Positions 40,163-50,240 of a stretch of DNA of 64,000 bases are shown piece after piece. The notes beneath the pieces are model-generated. The model made no database searches. It saw only the letters and a program-made list of their open reading frames with translations, and was not told where the DNA came from. Location: contig JAOAGV010000006.1 of the NCBI GenBank assembly GCA_026415575.1, positions 4,028 through 68,027 on the forward strand, given 5' to 3'. Numbering within the stretch: position 1 is the stretch's first letter; every line of letters starts with the position of its first letter. This stretch comes from Candidatus Sumerlaeia bacterium. Its GTDB lineage: Bacteria; Sumerlaeota; Sumerlaeia; JADFCW01. A program made the translations under genes and the position numbers.

Positions 40163-40780
40163 CTATACCACGTCCTCGGCTTTCAGGCCGCGGGCTGCCG
40201 CTCGTTGCCGAAGTTTTTCCAGCGCACGATAAACCCGCGACTTTGCGCTGCTTTCGGCAATGCCAAGCACCGCGCTGATCTCTGCATATTGCAGCCCTTC
40301 GTAGAATCGCAGGAGCAAGACCTCGCGGTCTTCAACCGGCAGGCTGTCCAGCAACGCCCGAGCCAGCCGCTGGCTTTCCATCTGAAAGACCTCGCGGCAG
40401 GCCGCAGATTCATTTGCAAGCTGCCGGCCGCCCCTCGACCGGTCCGCGTCGCCTTCCGCCTCGCCGTCCGGCACATTATCGGTTTCCGAAAAACCTGTCA
40501 TTGGAAGCGACCGGACACGCCGCAGGTGGCTTCGCAGCACATTGGCGGCCAACTGATAGAGCCACGACCGAAACGTGCCGTTGCCGCGATAGCCGGCCCG
40601 GTATGTGTAGAGCCGCACAAAGACGTCTTGGCGCAAGTCCTCCGCCGTGTCGAGATCGCCGATTGCATGATAAAAAAAGTTCAGAATGGGTTGCTCCCAG
40701 CGCCGCACCAGCCGTTCAAGCGCCGCCTCGTCGCCCCCCTGAAGCCGCTGCATTAGTTCGTGATCTTCGCTCACCGGCAC
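40163..40780 (-). CDS. ECF (extracytoplasmic function) sigma-70 family sigma factor.
   Basis: Region 2 ELMQRLQGGDEAALERLVRRWEQPILNFFYHAIGDLDTAEDLRQDVFVRLY. Region 4 DREVLLLRFYEGLQYAEISAVLGIAESSAKSRVYRALEKLR. Exact start uncertain (GTG or ATG; the track ORF begins at a TTG). Confidence 0.8.
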   Translation of the reverse strand: MPVSEDHELMQRLQGGDEAALERLVRRWEQPILNFFYHAIGDLDTAEDLRQDVFVRLYTYRAGYRGNGTFRSWLYQLAANVLRSHLRRVRSLPMTGFSETDNVPDGEAEGDADRSRGGRQLANESAACREVFQMESQRLARALLDSLPVEDREVLLLRFYEGLQYAEISAVLGIAESSAKSRVYRALEKLRQRAAARGLKAEDVV

Positions 40781-41157
40781 GGCGTCTCTTTCCAATATCC
40801 AATAGATAAGACTTCGCTGCCGTCAAAAAAGACGCAAGAAAAGTTGATCGGCCTGCGGGTTTCGATCCCGTGACGCCAGGGATACATGACGATTGTTTCT
40901 TGATTTGTGGGTGCTGGTTGGAGAAAAACTCCGTGTGGCGGTAAAGCTTCTCCGGCCGCCGGGCCTGCCGCCATGTCGGACTTGCATAGATGCAGGTATC
41001 GCCAATGCCTCGAAAAAGAAAGCCCCGCCCGCCCAAGCCGCGGATTCCCCTGCCGCCGAAGGCGCCGAAAGTCGAGCGCGACGCGAAAAAGGAGTTGTCG
41101 CGCCACCTTTGCCGCCGCCGCATCAAGCCGGATTTTCCGGAGATGTAAGGCTGCCTT

Positions 41158-42264
41158 TCAAAGCAGGTGCAGAAACTTGCGGTCGGCTCCGGGAAACGCA
41201 TAGCGGTCGAATTCGGACGGCGCCACCCACGCAAGGGCCGTGTGACGCCGCGGCGCCGGCCGGCCGCCGACCAGCGTGCACTGATACACATGCAGCGTGA
41301 TGGCGAAATGCGAGTAGGCGTGCCGGACCGATGCTACATGGCGTCCGACGGCGACCTCGATGCCTAGTTCTTCACGAATTTCCCGCCGCAGCGCCTGTTC
41401 GTGTGTTTCGCCCCTTTCCACTTTCCCGCCGGGAAACTCCCACAGCCCGCCCAGCATTTCATCGGGACGCCGCCGGCCCAACAGATAGCGCCCCCGCCGG
41501 CGGATGGCCGCCGCAACAATATCATAGTGGGGCAACGCTTTTCGGGCCTGCCGCACGGGCAGTTGGGTTTGCCGGCCCAGTTTTCGCGCCTCGCAATGGC
41601 CGCGAACGGGACAGACGTCGCAGCGCGGATTGCGCGGCGTGCATACTCGCGCCCCCAATTCCATTATCGCCTGATTAAAATCGCCCGCCCGCTTGTGCGG
41701 AACCAGCGTTTCGGCTATCGCCCACAGAAGCGCTGTTTGGCGCGCGGTCGCGCGAGGCCGGTCCAGCGCGAACAGCCGGATCAGCACGCGCCGGACATTG
41801 CCGTCGAGCACGGCAGCGCACTCGCCGAAGGCAATACTGGCAACGGCCGCGGCAGTGTATCGGCCGACGCCGGGCAGATGCTGCCACTCGGCTGCGGACT
41901 GCGGAAACACGCCGTTGCGCTCGCCGGCGATCATTTGCGCGGCGCGATGAAGGTTCCGCGCACGGCTATAGTAGCCCAGTCCTTCCCACAGCTTGAGAAC
42001 GCACTCGAATGGGGCGGCAGCCAAAGCCCTCACCGTCGGGAAGGCTTTCAGAAAACGCCGATAATAAGGAATAACCGTATCCACGCGAGTTTGTTGCAGC
42101 ATGATCTCGGACAGCCAGACGCGGTAGGGATCGCACGTGCGCCGCCACGGCAGATCGCGCGCATGGCGCCGAAACCACGCAAGCAGCGCGCGTTGAAGGC
42201 GATGCTTGGCGCGATGAATGCGGCCGGCCAGAGCCGCCGGCAGACGAATGTTTCTCTGTCTCAT
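41158..42264 (-). CDS. mutY: A/G-specific adenine DNA glycosylase MutY with a C-terminal NUDIX-like domain.
   Basis: HhH-GPD block PYRVWLSEIMLQQTRVDTVIPYYRRFL...LPGVGRYTAAAVASIAF. 4Fe-4S Cys cluster CTPRNPRCDVCPVRGHC. C-terminal GLWEFPGGKVERGETHEQALRREIREELG. Confidence 0.85.
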   Translation of the reverse strand: MRQRNIRLPAALAGRIHRAKHRLQRALLAWFRRHARDLPWRRTCDPYRVWLSEIMLQQTRVDTVIPYYRRFLKAFPTVRALAAAPFECVLKLWEGLGYYSRARNLHRAAQMIAGERNGVFPQSAAEWQHLPGVGRYTAAAVASIAFGECAAVLDGNVRRVLIRLFALDRPRATARQTALLWAIAETLVPHKRAGDFNQAIMELGARVCTPRNPRCDVCPVRGHCEARKLGRQTQLPVRQARKALPHYDIVAAAIRRRGRYLLGRRRPDEMLGGLWEFPGGKVERGETHEQALRREIREELGIEVAVGRHVASVRHAYSHFAITLHVYQCTLVGGRPAPRRHTALAWVAPSEFDRYAFPGADRKFLHLL

Positions 42265-42498
42265 AATCCATTGCCTTTGGTTCCCGCCGGTTCCGAAACA
42301 CGTTTGTTCAACGGTTGGAAGGGAAAAGGAAATCCGCGACCGCATTTACAGAATCCACGGGATGCCGGTTTTCGACCGCCAGTGGAACCCAACTCTTGCG
42401 CATACTGTAAATCCGGTCAAAACCCCGGCCGCGAAAGATCAGACAAAGAGTGTCGGACCGCATAAAACATCTGGAATAACCGACCTGTGCGGGCGGCA

Positions 42499-43176
42499 TT
42501 ACAGTTTCTGCAACATCGCCCGAATCCGGTCTGTCAGATAGCGGTTCACTTCTTCGGCGTGCGTCATAACGATCATGTGGCCGCCGCCCCGCACCACATA
42601 ATCGGGTTTGACCAGCCGCAGCGGCATCAACCGGTCGCGGTCACCATGGATGTGATAGACGGGGGCACGAGGCAGGTCCACCCCGGGCCACGTCGTGGCC
42701 GCGCGGCAGGCCCAGCGTACAAACTGCGGCGATGCGTCGCGGCTCATCTCCCGAACCCGCTCCAACTGCTCGCCGTGCAACTCCCGCATGGCCGGCGAGA
42801 ACGGTTTCAGCACCGCCAATCCCAGCCAAAACAGCGGCAGCGGCATCAGTCCCACCAGCCGGCCGGCCGACCGCCAAACCGGCGCAATCGCGCGGGCTGA
42901 CGGCGCGCTGGCAATCAGAAACACCGCCTGCGGCCGGGTCCAACGGCTGACTTCGAGGGCAATCATGCCGCCCAGCGAAACGCCGCCGAGAAAATACGGC
43001 GACGGTGCGTGAATGTGCTCGACCATCCGCTCGGCATAGCCGGCCAGGGTTTCTCGCGGCTGCGGCCGAATCCACGGCACGACCTCCAGCGGCCACGGCA
43101 GCGCGCGTTGTGCCGCCAGAAGCCGCTCGTCGGCGGCCAGACCGGAAAAAAACACAAGGGTGGTTTCAGGTGCCAT
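42499..43176 (-). CDS. Alpha/beta-hydrolase-fold protein.
   Basis: Nucleophile elbow GGVSLGGMIALE. C-terminal HxHGDxD-like IHGDRDRLMP and the GGGHMIVMTHAEEV region. Confidence 0.65.
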   Translation of the reverse strand: MAPETTLVFFSGLAADERLLAAQRALPWPLEVVPWIRPQPRETLAGYAERMVEHIHAPSPYFLGGVSLGGMIALEVSRWTRPQAVFLIASAPSARAIAPVWRSAGRLVGLMPLPLFWLGLAVLKPFSPAMRELHGEQLERVREMSRDASPQFVRWACRAATTWPGVDLPRAPVYHIHGDRDRLMPLRLVKPDYVVRGGGHMIVMTHAEEVNRYLTDRIRAMLQKL

Positions 43177-43356
43177 GGCAAGTGGAATGAGAACCTCATC
43201 AGGTTTTAAGTTTTGACCCTGTCGGAGCGAAACGGCTGGTTTGGGCTTGTTGGGATACCCCTTGGGGCGTTGCTTGAGATGCATGGAGTTCTCACTTCAG
43301 GGGGCCTGCTTGGATTGCCCCCAAAGCAAGAACTACATAGGTTCACCAAAAGGCCC

Positions 43357-44220
43357 CTATTTCCCGCCGTGCAGTTTCTCCTGAATCCGCTCCAGCATCA
43401 GGTTCGTATCGGGCTTGACGCCAAACCAGATTTCAAAGGACCGTGCGCCCTGATGCACCAGCATGGTCAGGCCGCCAAGGGCTTGCAGGCTCCGCGCGCG
43501 CGCCTCGCGCATCAGGGCCGTTTCCGCCACGTTATAGACCGAGTCGAACACCATGCATCCTTCGGGCAGCAGCGAGACATCCACGGGTGCCGGATCGTCC
43601 GGCTTCATGCCGACCGGCGAGGCGTTCACCAGCAAGTGGCATCGGGCCAAAGCCGAGCGGCGGTCTTCGTCGGTATTGCAGGCGGCGAGGAGGCGATGAG
43701 GAAGCGGCGCTTGCTGAAAATCGGCCACTATTTTTTCGGCGCGTCCGGGCACAACATCCCACAACGCAACGGCGGTTGCGCCTTCGAGCAGGGCGGCGGC
43801 GGCAATTGCCCGGGCGGCGCCGCCTGCACCTGCAATGGCCACGCGCTTGCCGGCAAGCGTAAAGCCGACGTCGCGCAGCGCCTGTGTGAATCCATACACG
43901 TCGGTGTTGCCGCCCCACATCCGGTCGCCGTCCATGCGGATCGTGTTGACGGCGCCGACGGCGCTCGCCTCGACCGACAATTCATCCATCAACTCCATGA
44001 CGCGTTCTTTGTGGGGAATCGTTACATTGAGGCCGCGAACACCGCAGGCGCAAAGTCCCCGCACCGCTTCGACCACATGTTCGGGCCTCACCGGAAAGGC
44101 CACATAGACGAAGTTCAACCCTAGTTTCTCCAATGCCGCATTATGCATCACCGGCGATAGCGTATAGGTCAGCGGCCAACCGATTACCCCAACAACGCGC
44201 GTTGTTCCCGTGATCTCCAT
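43357..44220 (-). CDS. aroE: Shikimate dehydrogenase.
   Basis: AroE N-terminus VIGWPLTYTLSPVMHNAALEKLGLNFVYVAF, then GLNVTIPHKE and NTD. NADP Rossmann RVAIAGAGGAARAIAAAL. Confidence 0.85.
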   Translation of the reverse strand: MEITGTTRVVGVIGWPLTYTLSPVMHNAALEKLGLNFVYVAFPVRPEHVVEAVRGLCACGVRGLNVTIPHKERVMELMDELSVEASAVGAVNTIRMDGDRMWGGNTDVYGFTQALRDVGFTLAGKRVAIAGAGGAARAIAAAALLEGATAVALWDVVPGRAEKIVADFQQAPLPHRLLAACNTDEDRRSALARCHLLVNASPVGMKPDDPAPVDVSLLPEGCMVFDSVYNVAETALMREARARSLQALGGLTMLVHQGARSFEIWFGVKPDTNLMLERIQEKLHGGK

Positions 44221-44239
44221 CTTGCCTGATCTCTCCCGT

Positions 44240-45286
44240 CTATTTGTTGAAAAAATCCAGCCAGAATAAATGGCGAATCAGCCAGTCCGTCATCGGATGA
44301 TGGAACAAGGCCACCACGTAGCAGGCAAGCGCAATATAGGGCCCGAAAGGCAGATGATGAAGCTGGCGGCCCTTGCGCCGCTCCTCTGCCGGCTGGGGCT
44401 GCCGGTCAGATTCCAATCCTGCGGGCAAAGAATCCGGCGGCCTCTCGCAGGGGATCTCCGGCGCGGCACAAGCCGCCTGCGGCAGACTTGACGCCGCCGG
44501 CCACAGCCGGCTGACAATCCACTGCGCCGCAATCAGCGAAAGCCCCACAGTGGCACCGATAAACGAGGCGATCGCCAACACCAAAAGGCACCCCTGCCAG
44601 CCAACAAACGCGCCCACACACGCAAACAATTTCATATCGCCCATGCCCATGGCCTCTTTCCGAAACGCCAGCGCGCCAAACACACCAATCAACCACAGCA
44701 GAATAAAGCCGAAGATTGCGCCGACCACCGAGTTGGCCGCAAACCGCCACGCGCCCACGCCGTCGAACGGCCACGGGACATAAAGCGTTTGGCCCAAGTG
44801 CGGCCAGCGGCCCGCGGCTGAGGCAACCGATAATGCCAGTGCCGCCGCGATTCCCAACACCGCTCCCCCCAGCGAAATCGAGTCCGGAATAATCCAGTGG
44901 TCGAGGTCCGTGAATGTGGCGATGATCAGCAGACCGGTCAGCAGCAAAAACAGGGGCGTCGCCGCCGTATAGCCGTGCACCCAGAAAACGGCGGTGAAGA
45001 GCACCGCCGTCAGCAACTCGAGCACCCAGTAGCGAAACGAGATGTGCGCACCACAATGCCGGCACAGCCCTCCCAGAGCCAGATAGCTGACCAGTGGGAT
45101 GTTGTCATACCAGGCAATCATCGTCCCGCACGCCGGACAGAACGAGCGGCGCGGGCGATTGACCGACTGACCATGCGGGAGCCGATAGATACAGACGTTC
45201 AGAAAACTGCCAACCAGTGCGCCGAACAGAAACACGATCGCCGCATGAAGCGGAAACAGGTCGGGGGAGAGAAACAGGCCGGTCAA
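44240..45286 (-). CDS. Type IV prepilin leader peptidase (A24 family, PilD/TadV-like) with a C-terminal insertion.
   Basis: N-terminal Cys box and TM block LFGALVGSFLNVCIYRLPHGQSVNRPRRSFCPACGTMIAWYDNIPLVSYLALGGLCRHCGAHIS. No ATG in-frame; start proposed at a TTG preceded by the GAGGAAAA RBS. Confidence 0.75.
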   Translation of the reverse strand: MTGLFLSPDLFPLHAAIVFLFGALVGSFLNVCIYRLPHGQSVNRPRRSFCPACGTMIAWYDNIPLVSYLALGGLCRHCGAHISFRYWVLELLTAVLFTAVFWVHGYTAATPLFLLLTGLLIIATFTDLDHWIIPDSISLGGAVLGIAAALALSVASAAGRWPHLGQTLYVPWPFDGVGAWRFAANSVVGAIFGFILLWLIGVFGALAFRKEAMGMGDMKLFACVGAFVGWQGCLLVLAIASFIGATVGLSLIAAQWIVSRLWPAASSLPQAACAAPEIPCERPPDSLPAGLESDRQPQPAEERRKGRQLHHLPFGPYIALACYVVALFHHPMTDWLIRHLFWLDFFNK

Positions 45287-45407
45287 CGTTTTCCTCGCTT
45301 TTCCAGCACATACGGCCTTGCGGCCGTCAGGCAGAGTGTGGAAAAGGAAACGGCCGAAACGCAACTACTGATTTTTCGCGCCCGCAGGCCCATTTTGCCC
45401 GAATGGG

Positions 45408-47480
45408 CTAGGGTTGCCGCAGTGAGCGGGCCGGAATAGTGCGCAGAAACAATTCGCCGGGCGGCCGCCACCGCAACGTCACACCGACGGGCAGATGCCG
45501 TGTCCGCCCGTAGCGCGCCCCGCCGATTTCGACATACTCAACCTCTGGGGGCGCACCATATTCGACCCGCAGCGCGTGGTCGCCCGCTGTCAGGAAAAGC
45601 GACTGAATCAGCATCCGGCGTCCGGGCTGCGGCCCCGAATTGACCAGCACGGTTTTGCCGCCCAGCGTCAGCGTGGCAGTGCCGCATGAGTCCAGTGCAA
45701 AGCGGTAGAGACCTTCGGCGGGTGCCGCAAGCCAACCTTCCCAGACAGCGCGAAAATCTCCCCGCACCGGTCGGCGTCGGCCCGACCAATCCACATCAAG
45801 CCGGGCAACCGGCTGTTCGCCCAGCCCTGTCCAACGGCCGGCGTCCAGTGCATAGAGCCGCAAGAGCAGCCCGCGGGGAGATGGCGGTGTTTCCCCGCCT
45901 TGCAAGTCGCGCATTGCACGGACCATGGCGGGCAACAAAAGAAGGACAAGGACGGTCAGACCGGCGAAGGCAATCTTTCGCGCGACACCGCGCCCCGCTC
46001 CGGCCCGCCAGTCTGCCCATGTCTCCAGAAACGCCGCACGAAGACCGTATAGACCCGCGCTGAGCAAGGTCAGCGGCAGCAGGACCACCAGCTTGGCCAA
46101 TCCGGCGTGTTCATCGGCCAGTAACTTCCAGAACCACAGGTTCTCGGCCGGCCGTGCAAAACCCGTCGCGCAAACCACCAGAGGGCACGCATCGGGTTCC
46201 CATCGAAACGGATAATAGCCGTCATAGTATTCGTTGAAGTTGCTCGCCAGACAGATTACCTGTGCATAGATGCCCAGCAACAACAAGAGCAGAAAAGACA
46301 ACGACCGCCCGAAGGTACGGTGCACCGGCTCGCGTTCGAGCCATTCGCCGAGGGCGAGGAAGGCAAGCGTGGCTGAGGGCAGAAGATAGCGCGGCCCGAA
46401 ACACCACCCACCGTCCCACGTCTCAAAACACGAATAGGCCGCAAGGGGTGCGCCAAGAAGCCAAAAGAACCCCCCTGCGCGAATTCCCCCGCCCAGCCGC
46501 CGCCAGAGTGCTTTCATGCCAGCCAGAGCCGGTAGCAACAACGGCGAGAAAAGAAAAATGCTTTTCGTGGGACTGAACAAGAACCCAAACAATCCCGACG
46601 GCAGCAAGCGCCACGACATGTTGTCGTCGTCATAACCGAGTTCAAACGGGTCGTAAAACCGCGCATAATTGTAGGCCATGGTCAACGCCAGCCCGGCGGC
46701 GGCTGCGGCCCAGAACGACAGGGCGGAATTGATGCGGGCCGGCCGCCGACCGTGCTGCGCGGCCCATAACGCCGCCACTGCCGGCAGCATGACCCAGCCG
46801 TCGGCCCAGCGGGTCAGAAACATGCCGCCCATGGCCAGCCCGCCTGCCACCGCTGCGCCGAGCTGCAGGGGCTCGCTGCTGAGCAGCGCAAGCACCACGA
46901 CCTCGATCAGCACAGTGGCCAGCAGATTGTCGAACGACGTCTGGCTGTTGAGCCAGAGCATCGAGCTCGTGCCGGCGGCGAGCGCGACAAGCAGGGCCGT
47001 TTTTTCGCCGAAGCCCGTCCGCCGGGCGATAAGGAACAATAGTGCAACGGCCGCAGCGCCCAGCCACTGGTTCAGCGTGGACATGGCAAAAATATACGGC
47101 CGCTCCATAAGTCGAACGAGCGGTTCGGGGGCCACGGCGCCGATGCCCTCGCCGATCCAAAACAGAGGGATCATCAGAAGCGACTGGCCAATGCCATATT
47201 TGCAATAAATGCGGCCGTCCACGCGGGTCGCGGCGGCCATGACCGACGGCGGAATTTCAAACGTCTGGTGCAAGACAAGCGCTATGGTCAGATTATAGCG
47301 CGGGGTGTCGTCCACGGACGTGTGGGTTCCGCGAGCGGTCAGCAAATAGAGGCCGGCAAGAAAAAGGAAAAGCAACCATGGGATATTGGAAAACCGCTTC
47401 CTTTCGCAGCAGGGTTCCGCAGGCGAGTTGGGCGAATCGGGTACAATCGTTGGCAGGCTTGAAGCGTTGTTGCCTTCCAT
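45408..47480 (-). CDS. Polytopic membrane glycosyltransferase (GT39/GT83-like, ArnT/PMT family) with a C-terminal PA14-like beta-sandwich domain.
   Basis: About 14 TM segments. ArnT/PMT-like N-terminal region (YNLTIALVLHQTFE...IYCKYGIGQSLLMIPLFWIGEG). C-terminal LYRFALDSCGTATLTLGGKTVLVNSGP...GDHALRVEYGAPP resembles PA14. Start set at MEGNNASSLPT. Confidence 0.5.
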   Translation of the reverse strand: MEGNNASSLPTIVPDSPNSPAEPCCERKRFSNIPWLLFLFLAGLYLLTARGTHTSVDDTPRYNLTIALVLHQTFEIPPSVMAAATRVDGRIYCKYGIGQSLLMIPLFWIGEGIGAVAPEPLVRLMERPYIFAMSTLNQWLGAAAVALLFLIARRTGFGEKTALLVALAAGTSSMLWLNSQTSFDNLLATVLIEVVVLALLSSEPLQLGAAVAGGLAMGGMFLTRWADGWVMLPAVAALWAAQHGRRPARINSALSFWAAAAAGLALTMAYNYARFYDPFELGYDDDNMSWRLLPSGLFGFLFSPTKSIFLFSPLLLPALAGMKALWRRLGGGIRAGGFFWLLGAPLAAYSCFETWDGGWCFGPRYLLPSATLAFLALGEWLEREPVHRTFGRSLSFLLLLLLGIYAQVICLASNFNEYYDGYYPFRWEPDACPLVVCATGFARPAENLWFWKLLADEHAGLAKLVVLLPLTLLSAGLYGLRAAFLETWADWRAGAGRGVARKIAFAGLTVLVLLLLPAMVRAMRDLQGGETPPSPRGLLLRLYALDAGRWTGLGEQPVARLDVDWSGRRRPVRGDFRAVWEGWLAAPAEGLYRFALDSCGTATLTLGGKTVLVNSGPQPGRRMLIQSLFLTAGDHALRVEYGAPPEVEYVEIGGARYGRTRHLPVGVTLRWRPPGELFLRTIPARSLRQP

Positions 47481-47946
47481 GCAAGGCCCCTCAACAAAGC
47501 TGGGCGAAAAATAACGGCGCGAGGCTGTCGCGGCAATACAAATTGCTGGTTGTTCAGAAGAACTGGCAACTTGCGTGAGGTTCTGCTTGACAGATACCGG
47601 CTGAAGCGGTTCTTGCAAAAGTTGAGGGTGTGAAGATGTTCGGCACCATTGGAAGCGCGAGAGGGACGCTATCGAAAAGTCCGCGTCCTGCCGCGCGGCG
47701 AAAAAGCGCTGCCATCCCATACGCAAGCGCCGGAGGGGGCGATATGGACTATCCCCGGCGCGGCAGCGTCGGGGGAAATACAAGCACGGAGGGTCAAGCC
47801 GTCATCCCCCACGGCCGGTGCCGCGGGCGATTGGTTTCCGGCCGCGCCAGGGCTTTCCGCAATTTCAAACACTTGGGACTGGTGATGAACTGACTTTTAC
47901 AAAAGCAGCCGAGGTGTGTAGTTATCATTTTCCGGAGGGCTTTGCC

Positions 47947-48513
47947 ATGAGCGAACTGTGGGACTCTGACCTCGCTCTGCAACTGCTCCGCCAACACATG
48001 CACAGCGATGTCCTTATCAAGCACTGTCTGGCCAGCGCGGCCATCATGCGCGCACTCGCCGAGCGGTTTGGCGAAAATGCCGACCGATGGGAACTGGCTG
48101 GCCTGTTGCACGACCTCGATTTCGAGGAAACCAAAGACAACCCCAACCGCCACGGCAATCTGACCGCTGAGATTCTGGCGCGCGAGGGCCTGCCCGACGA
48201 CATCATCCTTGCCATCCGCGAGCACAACGCCGAGGCGCTCGGCATTCCGTGCCAGTCGCGCATGGGTTTGGCGCTGTCGGCCGCTGAGACCGTGACCGGC
48301 CTGATCGTGGCCACCGCTCTTGTCCAGCCGGACAAGAAGCTGGCCGGTGTCAAGCCGGCGTCCGTTCGCAAACGGATGAAGGAAAAGGCCTTTGCCCGCA
48401 ACGTCAGCCGCGAGCGCATTCTCGACTGCGAAAAGCTCGGTCTTTCGCTCGACGACTTCCTCGCCCTCAGCGTCGCCGCCATGCAAGGCATCGCCGCAGA
48501 CCTCGGCCTGTAG
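47947..48513 (+). CDS. HD-domain phosphohydrolase (small HD-superfamily protein).
   Basis: HD motif H...HD in VLIKHCLASAAIMRALAERFG....ELAGLLHDLDFE. RBS GGAGGG before the ATG. Confidence 0.65.
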   Translation: MSELWDSDLALQLLRQHMHSDVLIKHCLASAAIMRALAERFGENADRWELAGLLHDLDFEETKDNPNRHGNLTAEILAREGLPDDIILAIREHNAEALGIPCQSRMGLALSAAETVTGLIVATALVQPDKKLAGVKPASVRKRMKEKAFARNVSRERILDCEKLGLSLDDFLALSVAAMQGIAADLGL

Positions 48514-48890
48514 CGGCCGACCCGCTGTGTTTTGGCGGGAACCGGTGCTCATGGCTGCCCGTTGTTCGGATAATGTTCGCGGGTATCTCGGCCCCCTCCT
48601 CTTTCAAGACCTTGTCTCACGCCAAGGTGCGAGGTTGCAAAGCGTGTCTTGGATTATAGTTCGCCTCAGAAACACGTGGCTTTCAGCTCTCTCAGGCAGG
48701 AAACCCTTTTGCAGAAGCCTCCATGCTTCTCTTTGTTGCCTTGTGGCCTTTGCGTGCGGTTCCGTTTGAATGATCGCGCTCGTTACTTCTCCGGACAAAT
48801 GCCTTGACATCCGGAGGGGAAAATGCACTCTTTTCAGAAGAATGGACGGCGGCTTTGACCGCGTTCGAGAAGGATTCGATTGCAGTACGA

Positions 48891-50108
48891 ATGCATTACC
48901 TTTGTTTAGCGTCGATCCGGTTGCTGCGCCTTTTTCGACGGCGGCGGAAATGCTCAGTGCTGCTTTTGGTTTTTTTGCCGGCGCTGAGTCTGCCGGTTGC
49001 CCCCCAAACAGCGCCACCCGCGCCGGTAATCGTTGTCCCGCCCGTAATGCTAAATGCACCGGGAACTTTCTATCGCAATCCGTTTATCTGCGCGGCCTCC
49101 AACGGTGCGGTGGCAATTGTGGCGGAATCGGGAAGGACGGCACCGCGGCGTCTGGCGCTGGCCGAATTGTCGGCTGTGGAAACGGGCCGGTTCTCCCCGC
49201 TGGATTTCAGCAACGAAGGCGACTGCGCCAATCCCGCCGCTGCCTATGATGCATCGGGCACGCTGCATTTGGTTTGGTCGGAAAAGCGGGCGGGCTGTTT
49301 CGCCGTCCGCTATGCGCGGCGTTCGCCGCAACGCGATTGGCACGACGCCGGCATACTCAGCGCCACGCCCGATGTGGATTGCGAGTTCCCCCAAGTGGCT
49401 TGCGACCGGAGCGGGCGGGTTTGGATGGCATGGCAGGCCGGCCGCGCAACACGCTATTCGATCTGGCTGGCGTGGCGCGATGCGGTTTCGTCGGGGGTGC
49501 TGGATGTTACGGGCGCGCGGGGCGACCACCACAATCTTTATCCGCAGCTGTTTCCCGACACCCCCTATCCGGTGGTTTGGTATGAGGAGGTCGGCAACAG
49601 TTTTCAATTGCGCGCGGCGGTGGTTTCTCCGGCGCAGGCGCGGTTCGATGTTGTAACGCCACTGGAGTTCGAGCGGTTGGACGCCAACCAAATGCCGTGG
49701 TTGTTTCAAGCCCCGTCGGGCATGCTCGGCGGCGTGTGGACCGATTTGATTGCCAATCGCGTCAGGGTGCTGGCGGGATTGCAGGGGCCGGCAACGCGGG
49801 GCGAAGGCGTGGTGGCCGATACGACAGACGCCGGCGATGCGGCCTCACCCAGTGCAGTTTCCGTCGGAGAGGAAACGGTGGCCTTGGCGTGGACCTTGAG
49901 GCAGGCGGGCGGGGCGTCAGTTTGGGTGGGAGCGCTTTGCGGGCCCTCGCAGGTCGGGCTGTCGCAGGCGCTGCCATTGCCGACCGACAGCGCGTTTAGC
50001 CGGCCGCGACTGGCTGCAACGGCCGGCCGTCTGGTGCATTGCGTGTGGTATTCCGATTCCGCGCGCGGGGGAACCGGCAGCGTCCACTATGCCGCGGTGC
50101 GCTACTAG
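48891..50108 (+). CDS. Secreted protein with BNR/Asp-box-like repeats (sialidase-like beta-propeller).
   Basis: Signal peptide MHYLCLASIRLLRLFRRRRKCSVLLLVFLPALSLPVAP. Asp-box-like YDASGTLHLVWSEK, CDRSGRVWMAW and repeated W-x-W segments. Confidence 0.45.
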   Translation: MHYLCLASIRLLRLFRRRRKCSVLLLVFLPALSLPVAPQTAPPAPVIVVPPVMLNAPGTFYRNPFICAASNGAVAIVAESGRTAPRRLALAELSAVETGRFSPLDFSNEGDCANPAAAYDASGTLHLVWSEKRAGCFAVRYARRSPQRDWHDAGILSATPDVDCEFPQVACDRSGRVWMAWQAGRATRYSIWLAWRDAVSSGVLDVTGARGDHHNLYPQLFPDTPYPVVWYEEVGNSFQLRAAVVSPAQARFDVVTPLEFERLDANQMPWLFQAPSGMLGGVWTDLIANRVRVLAGLQGPATRGEGVVADTTDAGDAASPSAVSVGEETVALAWTLRQAGGASVWVGALCGPSQVGLSQALPLPTDSAFSRPRLAATAGRLVHCVWYSDSARGGTGSVHYAAVRY

Positions 50109-50138
50109 CAAAGGCCTTTTTCGACAAGCTGCAATTCG

Positions 50139-50200
50139 AACTTCAGTTTGCTGTTTGTAGTTCACGCGGAAGAGTGAAGTACAAACGACAAACTAAAGTT
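50139..50200. promoter_or_regulatory. 27-bp imperfect palindrome (24/27 matches, 8-nt spacer) about 40 nt upstream of the HEAT-repeat gene. Member of a local motif family.
   Basis: Left arm aacttcagtttgctgtttgtagttcac. Right arm gtgaagtacaaacgacaaactaaagtt, which is the reverse complement with 3 mismatches. Confidence 0.5.
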
Positions 50201-50240
50201 AGGATTGTAAGCACCAGCCCAGACCGATGAATGCCAACCC

